The notes beneath the pieces were generated by a model, which was not told the origin of the DNA, ran no database searches, and worked only from the letters and a program-made list of their open reading frames with translations. Source: an uncultured Bacteroidaceae bacterium (lineage in GTDB: Bacteria > Bacteroidota > Bacteroidia > Bacteroidales > Bacteroidaceae). Taken from it: a DNA stretch of 64,000 bases. Positions 25,383 to 35,071 of this stretch are shown piece by piece. Location: contig CAJORF010000140.1 in assembly GCA_905236985.1 (NCBI GenBank), forward strand, positions 5,973 through 69,972, written 5' to 3'. The translations under genes and the position numbers were made by a program. The first letter of the stretch is position 1, and each line of letters starts with the position of its first letter.

Positions 25383-27959
25383 CTAACGACGCTTGCGGGG
25401 ATGTTGGAAGAAGCGTACTCCTTCGCCGACCAATAAGACGGGAGCCGTCAGGAGGATGATCATCGTCCAATGCGTGACTTCAAGCGGTTCAACGTTGAAC
25501 ATCTGACCGCCAAAGGTGACAATAAGGATCTGACCGAAGAATATGATGCAGACAATCATCAGGAAGCCCTTGCAACCACGCAGGTCGAAGGCACTGCGCC
25601 CCGTCAGGAACGCACGGGCATTGAAGAGGTTCCAGAACTGTAGCATCACAAAGATAGTGAAGAAGAGGCTCTGCTCGTAGGGCGTGAGCCCATCACGCTC
25701 AAAGTACCACAACATAGCGGTCATCACGACGAAGAATAAGCCACCGAGGCTCCAGATAAATCTCCACATGGGCGTGGAGATAATGAACTTACGGCGGTCA
25801 CGGGGACGTTCCAGCATCACCGAGGGCGTAGGGGGCAACGAGGCAAGTGCCATAGCGGCGAAGGTATCCATGATAAGGTTGACCCAGAGCATCTGCGTGA
25901 CGGTCAACGGTGCCTCTGTTCCCATGAAAGCCCCAGCGAGCACGGTGAGGCAGGCGCAGACATTCACCGTCATCTGGAAGAGGATGAAACGCTGGATGTT
26001 GCGATAGAGGGAACGCCCCCACATGACAGCACGACCGATGCTGGCGAAGGAGTTGTCGAGGATGGTGATGTCCGAGGCTTCCTTAGCCACAGCTGTACCA
26101 TCGCCCATAGAGAGTCCGACGTGAGCGGCGTTTAGGGCGGGGGCATCGTTGGTGCCGTCGCCGGTGACAGCGACCACTTCACCGTTAGCCTGCAACGCCT
26201 CAACCAAACGCTTCTTGTCCATCGGACGGGCGCGGGCAATGATGACGATGCCGCGAGCCCGCTCACGCAGTTCCTCGTCGGTGAGGGCAGCAACCTCGGG
26301 ACCCGTGATGACTTCTCCTTTCGTGAGTCCTATCTGACGACCTATCTCTGTAGCAGTGGCGGGTGTGTCGCCTGTGACGATCTTCACGTCGATGCCTGCG
26401 GTCAGGCACTCCTGCACGGCAGCAGGGACATCGGTACGGACGGGGTCTGCAATGGCTACGAGAGCATCTAAATGAAAGGTGAGAAGTGAAAAGCGTGAGG
26501 TGAAAAGGGCTTCGCTACAGGAAACGACAGAAGAGGGAACTTCGGCATGAGCAAGGGCGAGGGTGCGGAGACCGCGCTGCTGCCATTGCTGCAATTCAGA
26601 ACTGAGAGGAGAGAGGGAAGAGGGGAGATGATCTCCTGAGCACATCGCCATGACAATCTCGGGAGCACCCTTGATATATAAGGTGTCATCGATGCGGGTC
26701 GCCATATACTTGCGCTCCGTGGTGAAGGGGATTTCCTCGGTGATGTGGGCGGATTCGCGCAGGGTAATGTAATCTTGCCCTTGCTCGCGCAGCCAGAGCA
26801 GGAGGGCACCTTCGGTAGGGTTGCCCAAGACGCGGGTATCATCGAGGGAGGCGGTGCTGTTAACAGCGATGTTCGTCGCGATAAAATCGCGACATAAGAG
26901 ACGTATCTCCGCCACGCGCATCTGGTTTTGGGTGAGGGTGCCGGTTTTGTCCGTGCAGATGACGGTGGCGGCACCCATGGTCTCACAGGCGTGCATGCGG
27001 CGCACGAGGTTGCCCGTCTTGAGCATCCGACGCATGGAATAAGCCAAGGAGAGGGTGACGGCCATGGGAAGACCTTCGGGGACGGCCACGACGATGAGCG
27101 TCACAGCCAGCATCACCGACTGAAGGAGGTAGGCGAGGAAAGTATAGGTCAAGATCGGCTCTGCCGCGACAAGCCACATGACAATACGTCCTACAACGAC
27201 GAGGACGGCGATGGCGTAGCTGGTGCGTGAGATCAGCAGGCCGAGACGGTCGAGCTGCTCATTGAGGGGCGTGCGCACGGTGGCGTCGATCTGTGCTTCG
27301 GTGAAGACATGACCTGCTTCAGTGGCATCACCTACAGCCGCGACACACATCACGCCGTGACCCTCAAGCAGTTTCGTGCCACGCAGGACAGCATCGCTGG
27401 GGAAGGTGGCATCTGCATCTTGCTCCTCAGGTAGGATGCTCTTGTGACAGACGGGTTCGCCGGTAAGGGTCGATTCATCCACCTGCATCTGTGTCGCTTC
27501 GAGCAACTGACCATCAGCAGGTATCTCGTCGCCCGTAGCCAAGAGCACGATATCACCGACGACGATGTCGCTGCGAGGGACAAGCGTCTCATGGCCATCA
27601 CGGATAACGCGGACTGGTTCCTTGTCGTTCTGCTGGTTGAGAAGGTTGAACTCACGGTCAGCCTGATACTCAAACCAGAAGGCCAAGCCCGTAGCGAGAG
27701 CGATAGCAACGATGATGCCCACAGGCTCAAAGAACGCTGTGGCATCAGCACCAAGACCATAGTATTCGTAGAAAGAGATACCTATGCTAAGCACAGCAGC
27801 AAAGAGCAGGATGACAATCAACGGGTCGGTGAACTTTGCTGCGAATTTACGCCACCAAGGCGTGCGCTCACAAGGTGTCAGAACATTAGCACCATGAGCG
27901 GCGCGTGAAGCGATAACCTCATCATTTGTGAGGCCTTTTGACAAGAAATCCTTTTTCAT
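25383..27959 (-). CDS. Calcium-translocating P-type ATPase (P2 type)
   Basis: The motifs are TGEP (LTGEPV), the phosphorylation site CTDKTGTLTQN, and the hinge VTGDGTNDAPAL. There are about ten hydrophobic segments. The start is taken at the ATG at 27959 (MKKDFLSKGLTNDEV), because a TATTTTTG box sits at 27967-27974 inside the longer ORF. Confidence 0.9.
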   Translation of the reverse strand: MKKDFLSKGLTNDEVIASRAAHGANVLTPCERTPWWRKFAAKFTDPLIVILLFAAVLSIGISFYEYYGLGADATAFFEPVGIIVAIALATGLAFWFEYQADREFNLLNQQNDKEPVRVIRDGHETLVPRSDIVVGDIVLLATGDEIPADGQLLEATQMQVDESTLTGEPVCHKSILPEEQDADATFPSDAVLRGTKLLEGHGVMCVAAVGDATEAGHVFTEAQIDATVRTPLNEQLDRLGLLISRTSYAIAVLVVVGRIVMWLVAAEPILTYTFLAYLLQSVMLAVTLIVVAVPEGLPMAVTLSLAYSMRRMLKTGNLVRRMHACETMGAATVICTDKTGTLTQNQMRVAEIRLLCRDFIATNIAVNSTASLDDTRVLGNPTEGALLLWLREQGQDYITLRESAHITEEIPFTTERKYMATRIDDTLYIKGAPEIVMAMCSGDHLPSSLSPLSSELQQWQQRGLRTLALAHAEVPSSVVSCSEALFTSRFSLLTFHLDALVAIADPVRTDVPAAVQECLTAGIDVKIVTGDTPATATEIGRQIGLTKGEVITGPEVAALTDEELRERARGIVIIARARPMDKKRLVEALQANGEVVAVTGDGTNDAPALNAAHVGLSMGDGTAVAKEASDITILDNSFASIGRAVMWGRSLYRNIQRFILFQMTVNVCACLTVLAGAFMGTEAPLTVTQMLWVNLIMDTFAAMALASLPPTPSVMLERPRDRRKFIISTPMWRFIWSLGGLFFVVMTAMLWYFERDGLTPYEQSLFFTIFVMLQFWNLFNARAFLTGRSAFDLRGCKGFLMIVCIIFFGQILIVTFGGQMFNVEPLEVTHWTMIILLTAPVLLVGEGVRFFQHPRKRR

Positions 27960-27966
27960 TTGTGCG

Positions 27967-27974
27967 CAAAAATA
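27967..27974 (-). promoter_or_regulatory. Bacteroidota -7 promoter box TATTTTTG
   Basis: The reverse complement of caaaaata matches TAnnTTTG just upstream of the ATG at 27959. Confidence 0.5.
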
Positions 27975-28037
27975 CCCTTTTTTAGGGATAAAACAAAATA
28001 AAATGAAAGGAAATGCTGAAAAATGGCCCATTTTCCT

Positions 28038-28045
28038 TACCTTTG
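28038..28045 (+). promoter_or_regulatory. Bacteroidota -7 promoter box TACCTTTG
   Basis: It matches TAnnTTTG 30 nt upstream of the ATG at 28075. Confidence 0.6.
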
Positions 28046-28074
28046 TCACGAAAATCTAAAATCCAATCACAGAA

Positions 28075-30528
28075 ATGAACAAAAGCATACTTCTCGCAAG
28101 CCTGCTCAGCATAGGTATCAGCGCATCGGCACAAGATATTTCCGTGACCCGTTTCAAGCACATAGGTCCCCTACCCCTCCACACACCAGTCATCATCGAC
28201 AGCACCGATGTCAACGGCAAGACCTTCGACGAGACACAGTTGCTCCACACGCCGTTCAACTTAGAGCAGGCGAAGCAAGGACAAGCGTTCAGCGATGCCG
28301 TCCTGCCTAAGGATGCACAGGGACGACCAGCCTTGCACTTAGCCACTTTCAACCTCACGAACACCTCTTATACGAAAGCGACCTTCAACGTGAAGAGCCT
28401 CAGCCATTATGAGCTCTACGTCGATGGAATGAAGGTGCAAGGCGAGACCGAGCTGCAGCCAGCGACCCACGAAGTCATCATCAAAGCCCTGACTACCGCT
28501 ACGAGCACCGACTCGCTATTGGTGAGCGTTGCGCCGACCGTGGAGGGCAGCATCTGTCTCAACGAAGCAGGAGAGAAACGGCTATATACCATGAACGAGG
28601 TATTGCACGCCTGCCGCTATGCCGGTGTCGCGCTGTCGCCCAACGGACGATGGATGATTGTCAGCACAGCTCAGACGCAGCCTGGAGGCGCGGTGCAACG
28701 CAAGACCGAGGTGCGCGAAGTGGGCACTGGGCGTGTCATCGATCAGCGTGATGGTCTGAGATGGATGCCTCGCACGAACTTATTCTATTACCAGCGAGAG
28801 AGAGGCGGCAAGCAGGAGCTGGTGACTGTTGACCCGCTGACCAAGGCTGAAAATGTCTTGGCAAGCGATATCCCCGCAGGCTATTTCGAGTTCTCCCCCA
28901 CCGAGGATAAGCTCATCTACTCGCTCAGCGACGAAGCTCCCAAGGAAGACCCAGGCGTGTATGAAGTCATTCACCCCGATGACCGTCAACCCGGCTGGCG
29001 CAGCCGATTCCATCTGAGCGTCTATGACCTTCGGACAGGAGTGATGCAACCATTGACTTTCGGACATTCGAGCACCTATCTCGCCGATGTCAGCGATGAT
29101 GGCCGTTACATCCTGGCGATGACGAGTTCCAGCCAACTGGGCGCACGTCCCACTGAAGTGATGTCCGTCTATCGCATTGACCTGGAGACATTAGCAACAG
29201 ACACGCTCGTCAGCCAGCAAGGTTTCCTCAGCACCGCCTGCTTCTCCCCCGACGGCAAACAGGTCCTGATCACCGGTTCGCCGGATGCGTTTGACGGCGT
29301 AGGCAAGAACGTCCGCGAGGGACAGACACCCAGCATGATAGACATTCAGATCTTCATGATGGATCTCGCCAGCCGCAAGGTCAAGCCCATGACCCGTGAT
29401 TTCAACCCGAACGTGGGACGTCTGCAATGGTGTCGCGCCGACGGCATGGTTTACTTCTCTGCCGAGGACAACGACAGCATCAACCTCTTCCGTATGGATC
29501 CACAGTCAGGCAAGATACAGCGCATCGCGCTGCCAGAGGAACTGGTGGAACGCTTCGACGTAGCTGAGACGGCACCGACGATGGTATTCTATGCCCAGAG
29601 TGCCTCGAACAGCGACAGACTTTATGCAGCGGATCTGCAAAAAGTGAAAAATATTGTCCTATTAGAAGACCTCAGTGCTGAGACGCTCAAGGATGTAGAG
29701 CTGGGCGAGTGCAAGCCCTACGTCTATACCAACGAGCGTGGCGAACACATCTCATGCCGCTACTACCTGCCGCCACATTTCGATGCCTCGAAGCGTTATC
29801 CGATGATTGTCAACTACTACGGCGGTTGCTCGCCCACGAGCCGCAACTTCGAGAGCCGCTATCCTCAGCACGCATACGCCGCCTTAGGCTATGTTGTGCT
29901 CATCGTGAACCCACATGGTGCCACAGGCTTTGGACAGGAATGGTCAGCACAGCACGTGAACACCGCCGGCGAGGGTGTGGCGGAAGATATCATCGGTGCC
30001 GTCAAGGCGTTCTGCAAGGAACATGCCTGGGTTAACGCGCAGAAGATCGGATGTATCGGTGCCAGCTATGGAGGTTTCATGACACAGTACCTGCAGACGA
30101 AAACCGATCTCTTCGCCGCCGCCATCAGCCATGCCGGCATCAGCGACCACACCAGCTACTGGGGCGAGGGCTACTGGGGCTACACGTACAGCGAGGTGTC
30201 GATGGCCAACAGCTATCCCTGGACGCGCAAGGATCTCTATGTCGAGCAGAGTCCGCTGTTCAACGCAGACAAGATCCACACGCCGCTGCTCTTCCTGCAC
30301 GGCGACGCCGACCACAACGTGCCTGTCGGCGAGAGCATTCAGATGTACACGGCACTAAAACTATTAGGATGTCCCACGGCAATGGTGCTCGTGAAAGACC
30401 AGGATCACCACATCACCGACTACCAGAAACGTCTGCGCTGGCAGAACACCATCTGGGCATGGTTTGCCCGCTGGCTACAAGACGATCCGACATGGTGGCA
30501 GTCGATGTACCCCGACAAAGACCTCTAA
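28075..30528 (+). CDS. S9-family serine peptidase (prolyl oligopeptidase/DPP-like, beta-propeller plus alpha/beta hydrolase)
   Basis: The signal peptide is MNKSILLASLLSIGISASAQ. The nucleophile elbow is GASYGGFMT. Downstream LFLHGDADHNVP and DQDHHI fit the Asp/His of the catalytic triad. Confidence 0.85.
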   Translation: MNKSILLASLLSIGISASAQDISVTRFKHIGPLPLHTPVIIDSTDVNGKTFDETQLLHTPFNLEQAKQGQAFSDAVLPKDAQGRPALHLATFNLTNTSYTKATFNVKSLSHYELYVDGMKVQGETELQPATHEVIIKALTTATSTDSLLVSVAPTVEGSICLNEAGEKRLYTMNEVLHACRYAGVALSPNGRWMIVSTAQTQPGGAVQRKTEVREVGTGRVIDQRDGLRWMPRTNLFYYQRERGGKQELVTVDPLTKAENVLASDIPAGYFEFSPTEDKLIYSLSDEAPKEDPGVYEVIHPDDRQPGWRSRFHLSVYDLRTGVMQPLTFGHSSTYLADVSDDGRYILAMTSSSQLGARPTEVMSVYRIDLETLATDTLVSQQGFLSTACFSPDGKQVLITGSPDAFDGVGKNVREGQTPSMIDIQIFMMDLASRKVKPMTRDFNPNVGRLQWCRADGMVYFSAEDNDSINLFRMDPQSGKIQRIALPEELVERFDVAETAPTMVFYAQSASNSDRLYAADLQKVKNIVLLEDLSAETLKDVELGECKPYVYTNERGEHISCRYYLPPHFDASKRYPMIVNYYGGCSPTSRNFESRYPQHAYAALGYVVLIVNPHGATGFGQEWSAQHVNTAGEGVAEDIIGAVKAFCKEHAWVNAQKIGCIGASYGGFMTQYLQTKTDLFAAAISHAGISDHTSYWGEGYWGYTYSEVSMANSYPWTRKDLYVEQSPLFNADKIHTPLLFLHGDADHNVPVGESIQMYTALKLLGCPTAMVLVKDQDHHITDYQKRLRWQNTIWAWFARWLQDDPTWWQSMYPDKDL

Positions 30529-30573
30529 AGACCTCATCACCTATAAGCGACACGACCTTTCAACCTCAAAAAC

Positions 30574-31641
30574 ATGAATTTCAAAATTGCAGTGCTGCCC
30601 GGCGACGGTATCGGGCCGGAGATCAGCAAACAGGGCGTACACGTCATGAGTGCTGTTGCCGAGCGTTTCGGTCATCAGGTTGCCTACGAGTACGCCATCT
30701 GCGGCGCGGATGCCATCGAGAAAGTCGGTGATCCGTTCCCCGAGGAGACCTTCCAGACGTGTATGCGCGCGGATGCCGTTCTTTTCTCTGCCGTCGGCGA
30801 TCCCAAATATGACAACGACCCAACGTCCAAGGTACGACCTGAGCAGGGTCTGCTGGCGATGCGTCAACGTCTGGGACTCTTCGCTAATATACGTCCCATC
30901 GAGACCTTCGACTGTCTCATCCATAAATCGCCGCTCAAGAATGAGTTGGTGCGCGGTGCCGATTTCATCTGCATCCGCGAACTCACAGGCGGTATGTATT
31001 TCGGTGAGAAATACCAGAGCGATGACCGCGCCTACGACACCAACATCTATACACGTCCAGAGATTGAGCGCATCCTGCACGTAGGATATGACTATGCCCG
31101 ACGCAGAAAGAAGCATCTGACGGTTGTCGATAAGGCCAACATCCTGGCATCGAGTCGGCTGTGGCGGCAGATTGCCAAGGAGATAGCACCTCAATACTCT
31201 GACGTGCAGACCGATTTCATGTATGTCGATAATGCCGCTATGCGCATGATCCAAGAGCCGCGCTTCTTCGATGTCATCGTGACGGAAAACACCTTCGGCG
31301 ATATCCTCACCGACGAGGCTTCGTGCATCACCGGCTCTATGGGACTGCTGCCTTCCGCCTCCACGGGCGAGCACACTCCCGTCTTCGAGCCCATTCACGG
31401 CTCATGGCCACAAGCCAAAGGACAGAACATCGCCAACCCACTGGCACAGATTCTCTCCGTGGCGATGCTCTATGAGTACTTCGGTCTCGAAGCCGAGGGC
31501 CAACTCATCCGCGAAGCCGTCAATGCCAGCCTCGATGCCAACGTCCGCACCCCTGAGATTCAGATCGAAGGTGGCAAACATTATGGTACGAAGGAAGTGG
31601 GACAGTGGATCGTGGATTTCATCAAGGGAAAGGCGTTATAA
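30574..31641 (+). CDS. leuB: 3-isopropylmalate dehydrogenase
   Basis: The N-terminus is [17 protein letters not shown]. The segments [17 protein letters not shown] and [12 protein letters not shown] are typical of LeuB. Confidence 0.9.
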   Translation: MNFKIAVLPGDGIGPEISKQGVHVMSAVAERFGHQVAYEYAICGADAIEKVGDPFPEETFQTCMRADAVLFSAVGDPKYDNDPTSKVRPEQGLLAMRQRLGLFANIRPIETFDCLIHKSPLKNELVRGADFICIRELTGGMYFGEKYQSDDRAYDTNIYTRPEIERILHVGYDYARRRKKHLTVVDKANILASSRLWRQIAKEIAPQYSDVQTDFMYVDNAAMRMIQEPRFFDVIVTENTFGDILTDEASCITGSMGLLPSASTGEHTPVFEPIHGSWPQAKGQNIANPLAQILSVAMLYEYFGLEAEGQLIREAVNASLDANVRTPEIQIEGGKHYGTKEVGQWIVDFIKGKAL

Positions 31642-31668
31642 CGTCATCACGACATAACGACAATACAA

Positions 31669-32523
31669 ATGAGAAAACTGATAGCCTGCTGTTTCTGTTT
31701 TAGTCTGATCGCAGTCCTGTCTGCACAGGAGCCAGAGGAAACTTCATATCAGATGCTCGTGCGACAAGGCATCACGGCCATGGAGGATGATAGTCTGAAA
31801 TTGGCTGAGAGTTTGTTTCGACAGGCATTGCAGAAAGAGCCAAATGCCATTGGCAACCCGCTCATCTGGGGACATCTGGCAAGCATCTACGAACGCACGG
31901 GACGCGAGCATGAAGCACTGGAGGCATACAATATCGGCGTAGGTCTGGCGCCACAAACCATCAGACTGCTGCTCGGACGCGCCTCGCTGTACATGAAGTT
32001 AGGCAATGAGAACCGCGCGCTGGTCGATTACAACGATGTCCTCGCCCTCAACGCAGACCATCCCGAAGCACTGCTGATGCGTGCTTTCATCCGTCAGCGT
32101 CAACACCTGCTGAAAGATGCACGCATGGACTTTGAACATCTATTGAGCATCGACCCAGTACATGAACAGGCACTACTCGGCCTCGCACTCGTCAATGATG
32201 CTGATCGCCGTCCAAAGGAAGCGATGGAGAACATTAACCGCGCCATAGAGCTCTATCCCCGCCACGCCGCAGGCTATGCTTTGCGTGCAGGCATGGAGCT
32301 GGACCGCAAAGTCTATGAACGGGCTGAGGCAGACTACACCAAGGCCATCGAACTCGAACCCAATGATGCACATTACTACCTCGCCCGTGCCCGCCTCTAT
32401 ACGCTGACCAAGCAGAAGCGCAAGGCACGAGAGGATGCTCGTGCGGCTGCCCGCTTAGGTGCTACAGCTGAAGAAATCGTTGGTGCAACCAAGACAAAAA
32501 AACAACTTTCACGCCATCAATGA
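31669..32523 (+). CDS. Tetratricopeptide repeat protein (secreted)
   Basis: It has a signal peptide and multiple 34-aa TPR-like units (AxxxYxxAlxlxP patterns, e.g. ADYTKAIELEPNDAHYYLARA). Confidence 0.75.
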   Translation: MRKLIACCFCFSLIAVLSAQEPEETSYQMLVRQGITAMEDDSLKLAESLFRQALQKEPNAIGNPLIWGHLASIYERTGREHEALEAYNIGVGLAPQTIRLLLGRASLYMKLGNENRALVDYNDVLALNADHPEALLMRAFIRQRQHLLKDARMDFEHLLSIDPVHEQALLGLALVNDADRRPKEAMENINRAIELYPRHAAGYALRAGMELDRKVYERAEADYTKAIELEPNDAHYYLARARLYTLTKQKRKAREDARAAARLGATAEEIVGATKTKKQLSRHQ

Positions 32524-32524
32524 T

Positions 32525-34249
32525 ATGGTATTCAACAGAAAACAAAAGATGAAGAAAAAAGCAAACTTCCTGCCACGAAGAGGTATAATGCTCATCGCGG
32601 CCATCACGATAGCTCTGATGGGTGCTCACGCTCAAGTGTCATCAGACTTCAAGCCGATGGACGATGTCAATCAAGTCGTTGACCTCACCTTGGACAGTTT
32701 GGAGAAGGTGAAGACAGCTCGACCTGTGGCTGGCAGCAGTCGTGTGGATGATCATCCCGTGCTGTTCCTCGTGGGCAACTCAACGATGCGCACTGGCACA
32801 AAAGGCAACGGCGACAACGGCCAGTGGGGCTGGGGATTCTTTGCACATCAATACTTCGACGAAGGCAAGATCACAGTGGAGAACCAGGCATTGGGTGGCA
32901 CCAGCTCACGCACGTTCTACAACCAACTGTGGCCCGATGTGAAGAAGGGCATCCGTCCGGGCGACTGGGTGATCATCGAATTAGGCCACAACGACAACGG
33001 CCCCTTCGACAGCGGACGTTGCCGTGCCACCATCAAGGGGACATCGGCTACGGACTCGATGGTGGTGACACTCAAGGAAGGCCCTAATGAAGGTAAGAAA
33101 GAAACGGTCTATTCCTACGGCGAATATATGCGTAAGTTCGTGCGTGAGACGAGGGCATTGGGGGCGCATCCGATATTGATGAGTCTGACACCGAGGAAAA
33201 GACCCACCCCCGACCCCTCCCGTAATGGAGGGGAGGCCTCCGGATGGGAACCTGTCCGCGTCGCTGGCAACTTTGGTGGCTGGGCACGTCAGGTGGCAGA
33301 GGAAATGAATGTGCCGTTCGTCGATTTGAATGAGATTTCGGCCAGCAAGTACGACAAGATGAGTTCGTGGAAGCTTAACTATCATTTCTATTTGGACAAT
33401 ATCCATACCTCGAAGTTCGGTGCTGAACTGAATGCCCGTAGTGCCGCAGAGGGCTTGCTGGCCTGTCAGCATCCAGAGCTGAAACCACTGCAGGAGATGA
33501 TGGTGAATACCGCTCTTCCCACAACTGGTGTGAAACGCGAAAACGGTAAACCCGTGGTGTTCATCACGGGTGATTCAACGGTGAAGAATGCCGATAACGA
33601 CTCCACGGGTATGTGGGGCTGGGGCTCGCAGGCCTGGCGCATCTTCGACGAGAACAAGATTACCCCGATCAATTGTGCACAGGCGGGACGCAGCTGCCGC
33701 ACCTATATCCGTGAAAAACGTTGGAATAGAGTCTATAACTCACTGATGCCTGGCGACTTCGTGCTCATCCAATTCGGTCACAACGATATCGGCGAACTTC
33801 ACAAAGGCAAGCATCGAGGCGACATCCCAGGAACGGCTGACACCAGTTGCGTGAGCCGCGTCGTAGTAAAGGATGAAGCCTACAACGAAGTCGTATATAG
33901 CTTCGGATGGTATCTGAAGAAGATGATCGACGACTGCCGCCAGAAAGGTGCCACACCGATCCTTGTCAGCCTGACGCCGCGCAACGAATGGCCTGGCGGC
34001 AAGATTGAGCGCCGCAACGACAGCTATGGCAAGTGGTATCGCGAAGTAGCTGAAGAGACGGGCTGCGAGTTCGTGGATCTGCACAACATCACCGCCGATG
34101 CGCTTGACGGGATAGGTCAGGAACGCGCCAAAGAATACTACTGCGGCGACCACACGCACACCTCCCTTCGCGGAGCCCGTCTCAATGCCATTGGCATAGC
34201 CATCGGACTGCGCAGGAACGGCGGCGCACTGGCCACATATCTGAAGTAA
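32525..34249 (+). CDS. Tandem SGNH/GDSL hydrolase (rhamnogalacturonan acetylesterase-like, two domains)
   Basis: Two block-I motifs are present (LFLVGNSTMRTG and VFITGDSTVKNA), and each is followed by a GHND block (ELGHNDNG, QFGHNDIG). The start could be the ATG at 32525 or at 32549 (MKKKANF...). The 32459 start in the ORF track overlaps the TPR gene. Confidence 0.8.
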   Translation: MVFNRKQKMKKKANFLPRRGIMLIAAITIALMGAHAQVSSDFKPMDDVNQVVDLTLDSLEKVKTARPVAGSSRVDDHPVLFLVGNSTMRTGTKGNGDNGQWGWGFFAHQYFDEGKITVENQALGGTSSRTFYNQLWPDVKKGIRPGDWVIIELGHNDNGPFDSGRCRATIKGTSATDSMVVTLKEGPNEGKKETVYSYGEYMRKFVRETRALGAHPILMSLTPRKRPTPDPSRNGGEASGWEPVRVAGNFGGWARQVAEEMNVPFVDLNEISASKYDKMSSWKLNYHFYLDNIHTSKFGAELNARSAAEGLLACQHPELKPLQEMMVNTALPTTGVKRENGKPVVFITGDSTVKNADNDSTGMWGWGSQAWRIFDENKITPINCAQAGRSCRTYIREKRWNRVYNSLMPGDFVLIQFGHNDIGELHKGKHRGDIPGTADTSCVSRVVVKDEAYNEVVYSFGWYLKKMIDDCRQKGATPILVSLTPRNEWPGGKIERRNDSYGKWYREVAEETGCEFVDLHNITADALDGIGQERAKEYYCGDHTHTSLRGARLNAIGIAIGLRRNGGALATYLK

Positions 34250-34374
34250 AGACAAAAGAGAGAAAAATGAAAAATCCATTTTTCCAAGGGCGATATGAAA
34301 CGCGTGATCACAATGCACACAATAAAAAAAGGTTTCGCGCGTTATAATAAGGTAAACGACAACAACAGATATAC

Positions 34375-34980
34375 ATGATCGAATATATTCGCGGGTCCAT
34401 TGCCGACCTCTCCCCTACCCTCGCCGTGTTAGATGCCAACGGCGTGGGCTATGGCTTAAACATCACCCTCAACACCTTTTCTGCCATCCAGGGGTTGCCC
34501 GGCGACGTGAAGCTATACGTTTATGAGAACATTCGCGAGGACGCCTACGTACTGTGGGGCTTTGCAACGAAAGTGGAGCGCGAGCTCTTCATCCTGCTGA
34601 CCACCGTCAGTGGTATTGGTGGTCAGTCGGCACGCGTCATCCTCTCATCAATGACACCCTCCGAGCTGTGCGATGCCATCAGTCGCGGCGACGAGCGTCT
34701 GCTCAAGACCGCCAAGGGCATCGGCGGCAAGACGGCCCAACGCATTATCGTGGAGCTGAAAGACAAGCTTGTGACCCTCGGCATCGATGCCGCAGCAGGC
34801 TCACCCAGTTCACAGCCCATCTCAGCCGCCAACAAACAAGTGCAGGACGAGGCCGTGGCAGCTCTCACCATGCTTGGCTTCTCACCCGCTCCCGCACAAA
34901 AAGCGGTAGTAGGCATTCTGCGTGCAGAACCCGAAGCCAGCGTGGAACAGGTGATTAAGCTGGCGTTGAAGATGCTGTAG
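34375..34980 (+). CDS. ruvA: Holliday junction branch migration complex subunit RuvA
   Basis: It begins [30 protein letters not shown]. The helix-hairpin-helix region reads [14 protein letters not shown]...[13 protein letters not shown]. Length is about 200 aa. Confidence 0.9.
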   Translation: MIEYIRGSIADLSPTLAVLDANGVGYGLNITLNTFSAIQGLPGDVKLYVYENIREDAYVLWGFATKVERELFILLTTVSGIGGQSARVILSSMTPSELCDAISRGDERLLKTAKGIGGKTAQRIIVELKDKLVTLGIDAAAGSPSSQPISAANKQVQDEAVAALTMLGFSPAPAQKAVVGILRAEPEASVEQVIKLALKML

Positions 34981-35071
34981 GAAAGACTCTCCCCCACCCT
35001 CCCTATCAAGGAGGGAACAATTACTGAACAAGAGTAGAAAACAAATACTGGATTTATTCAAAAGTTATATT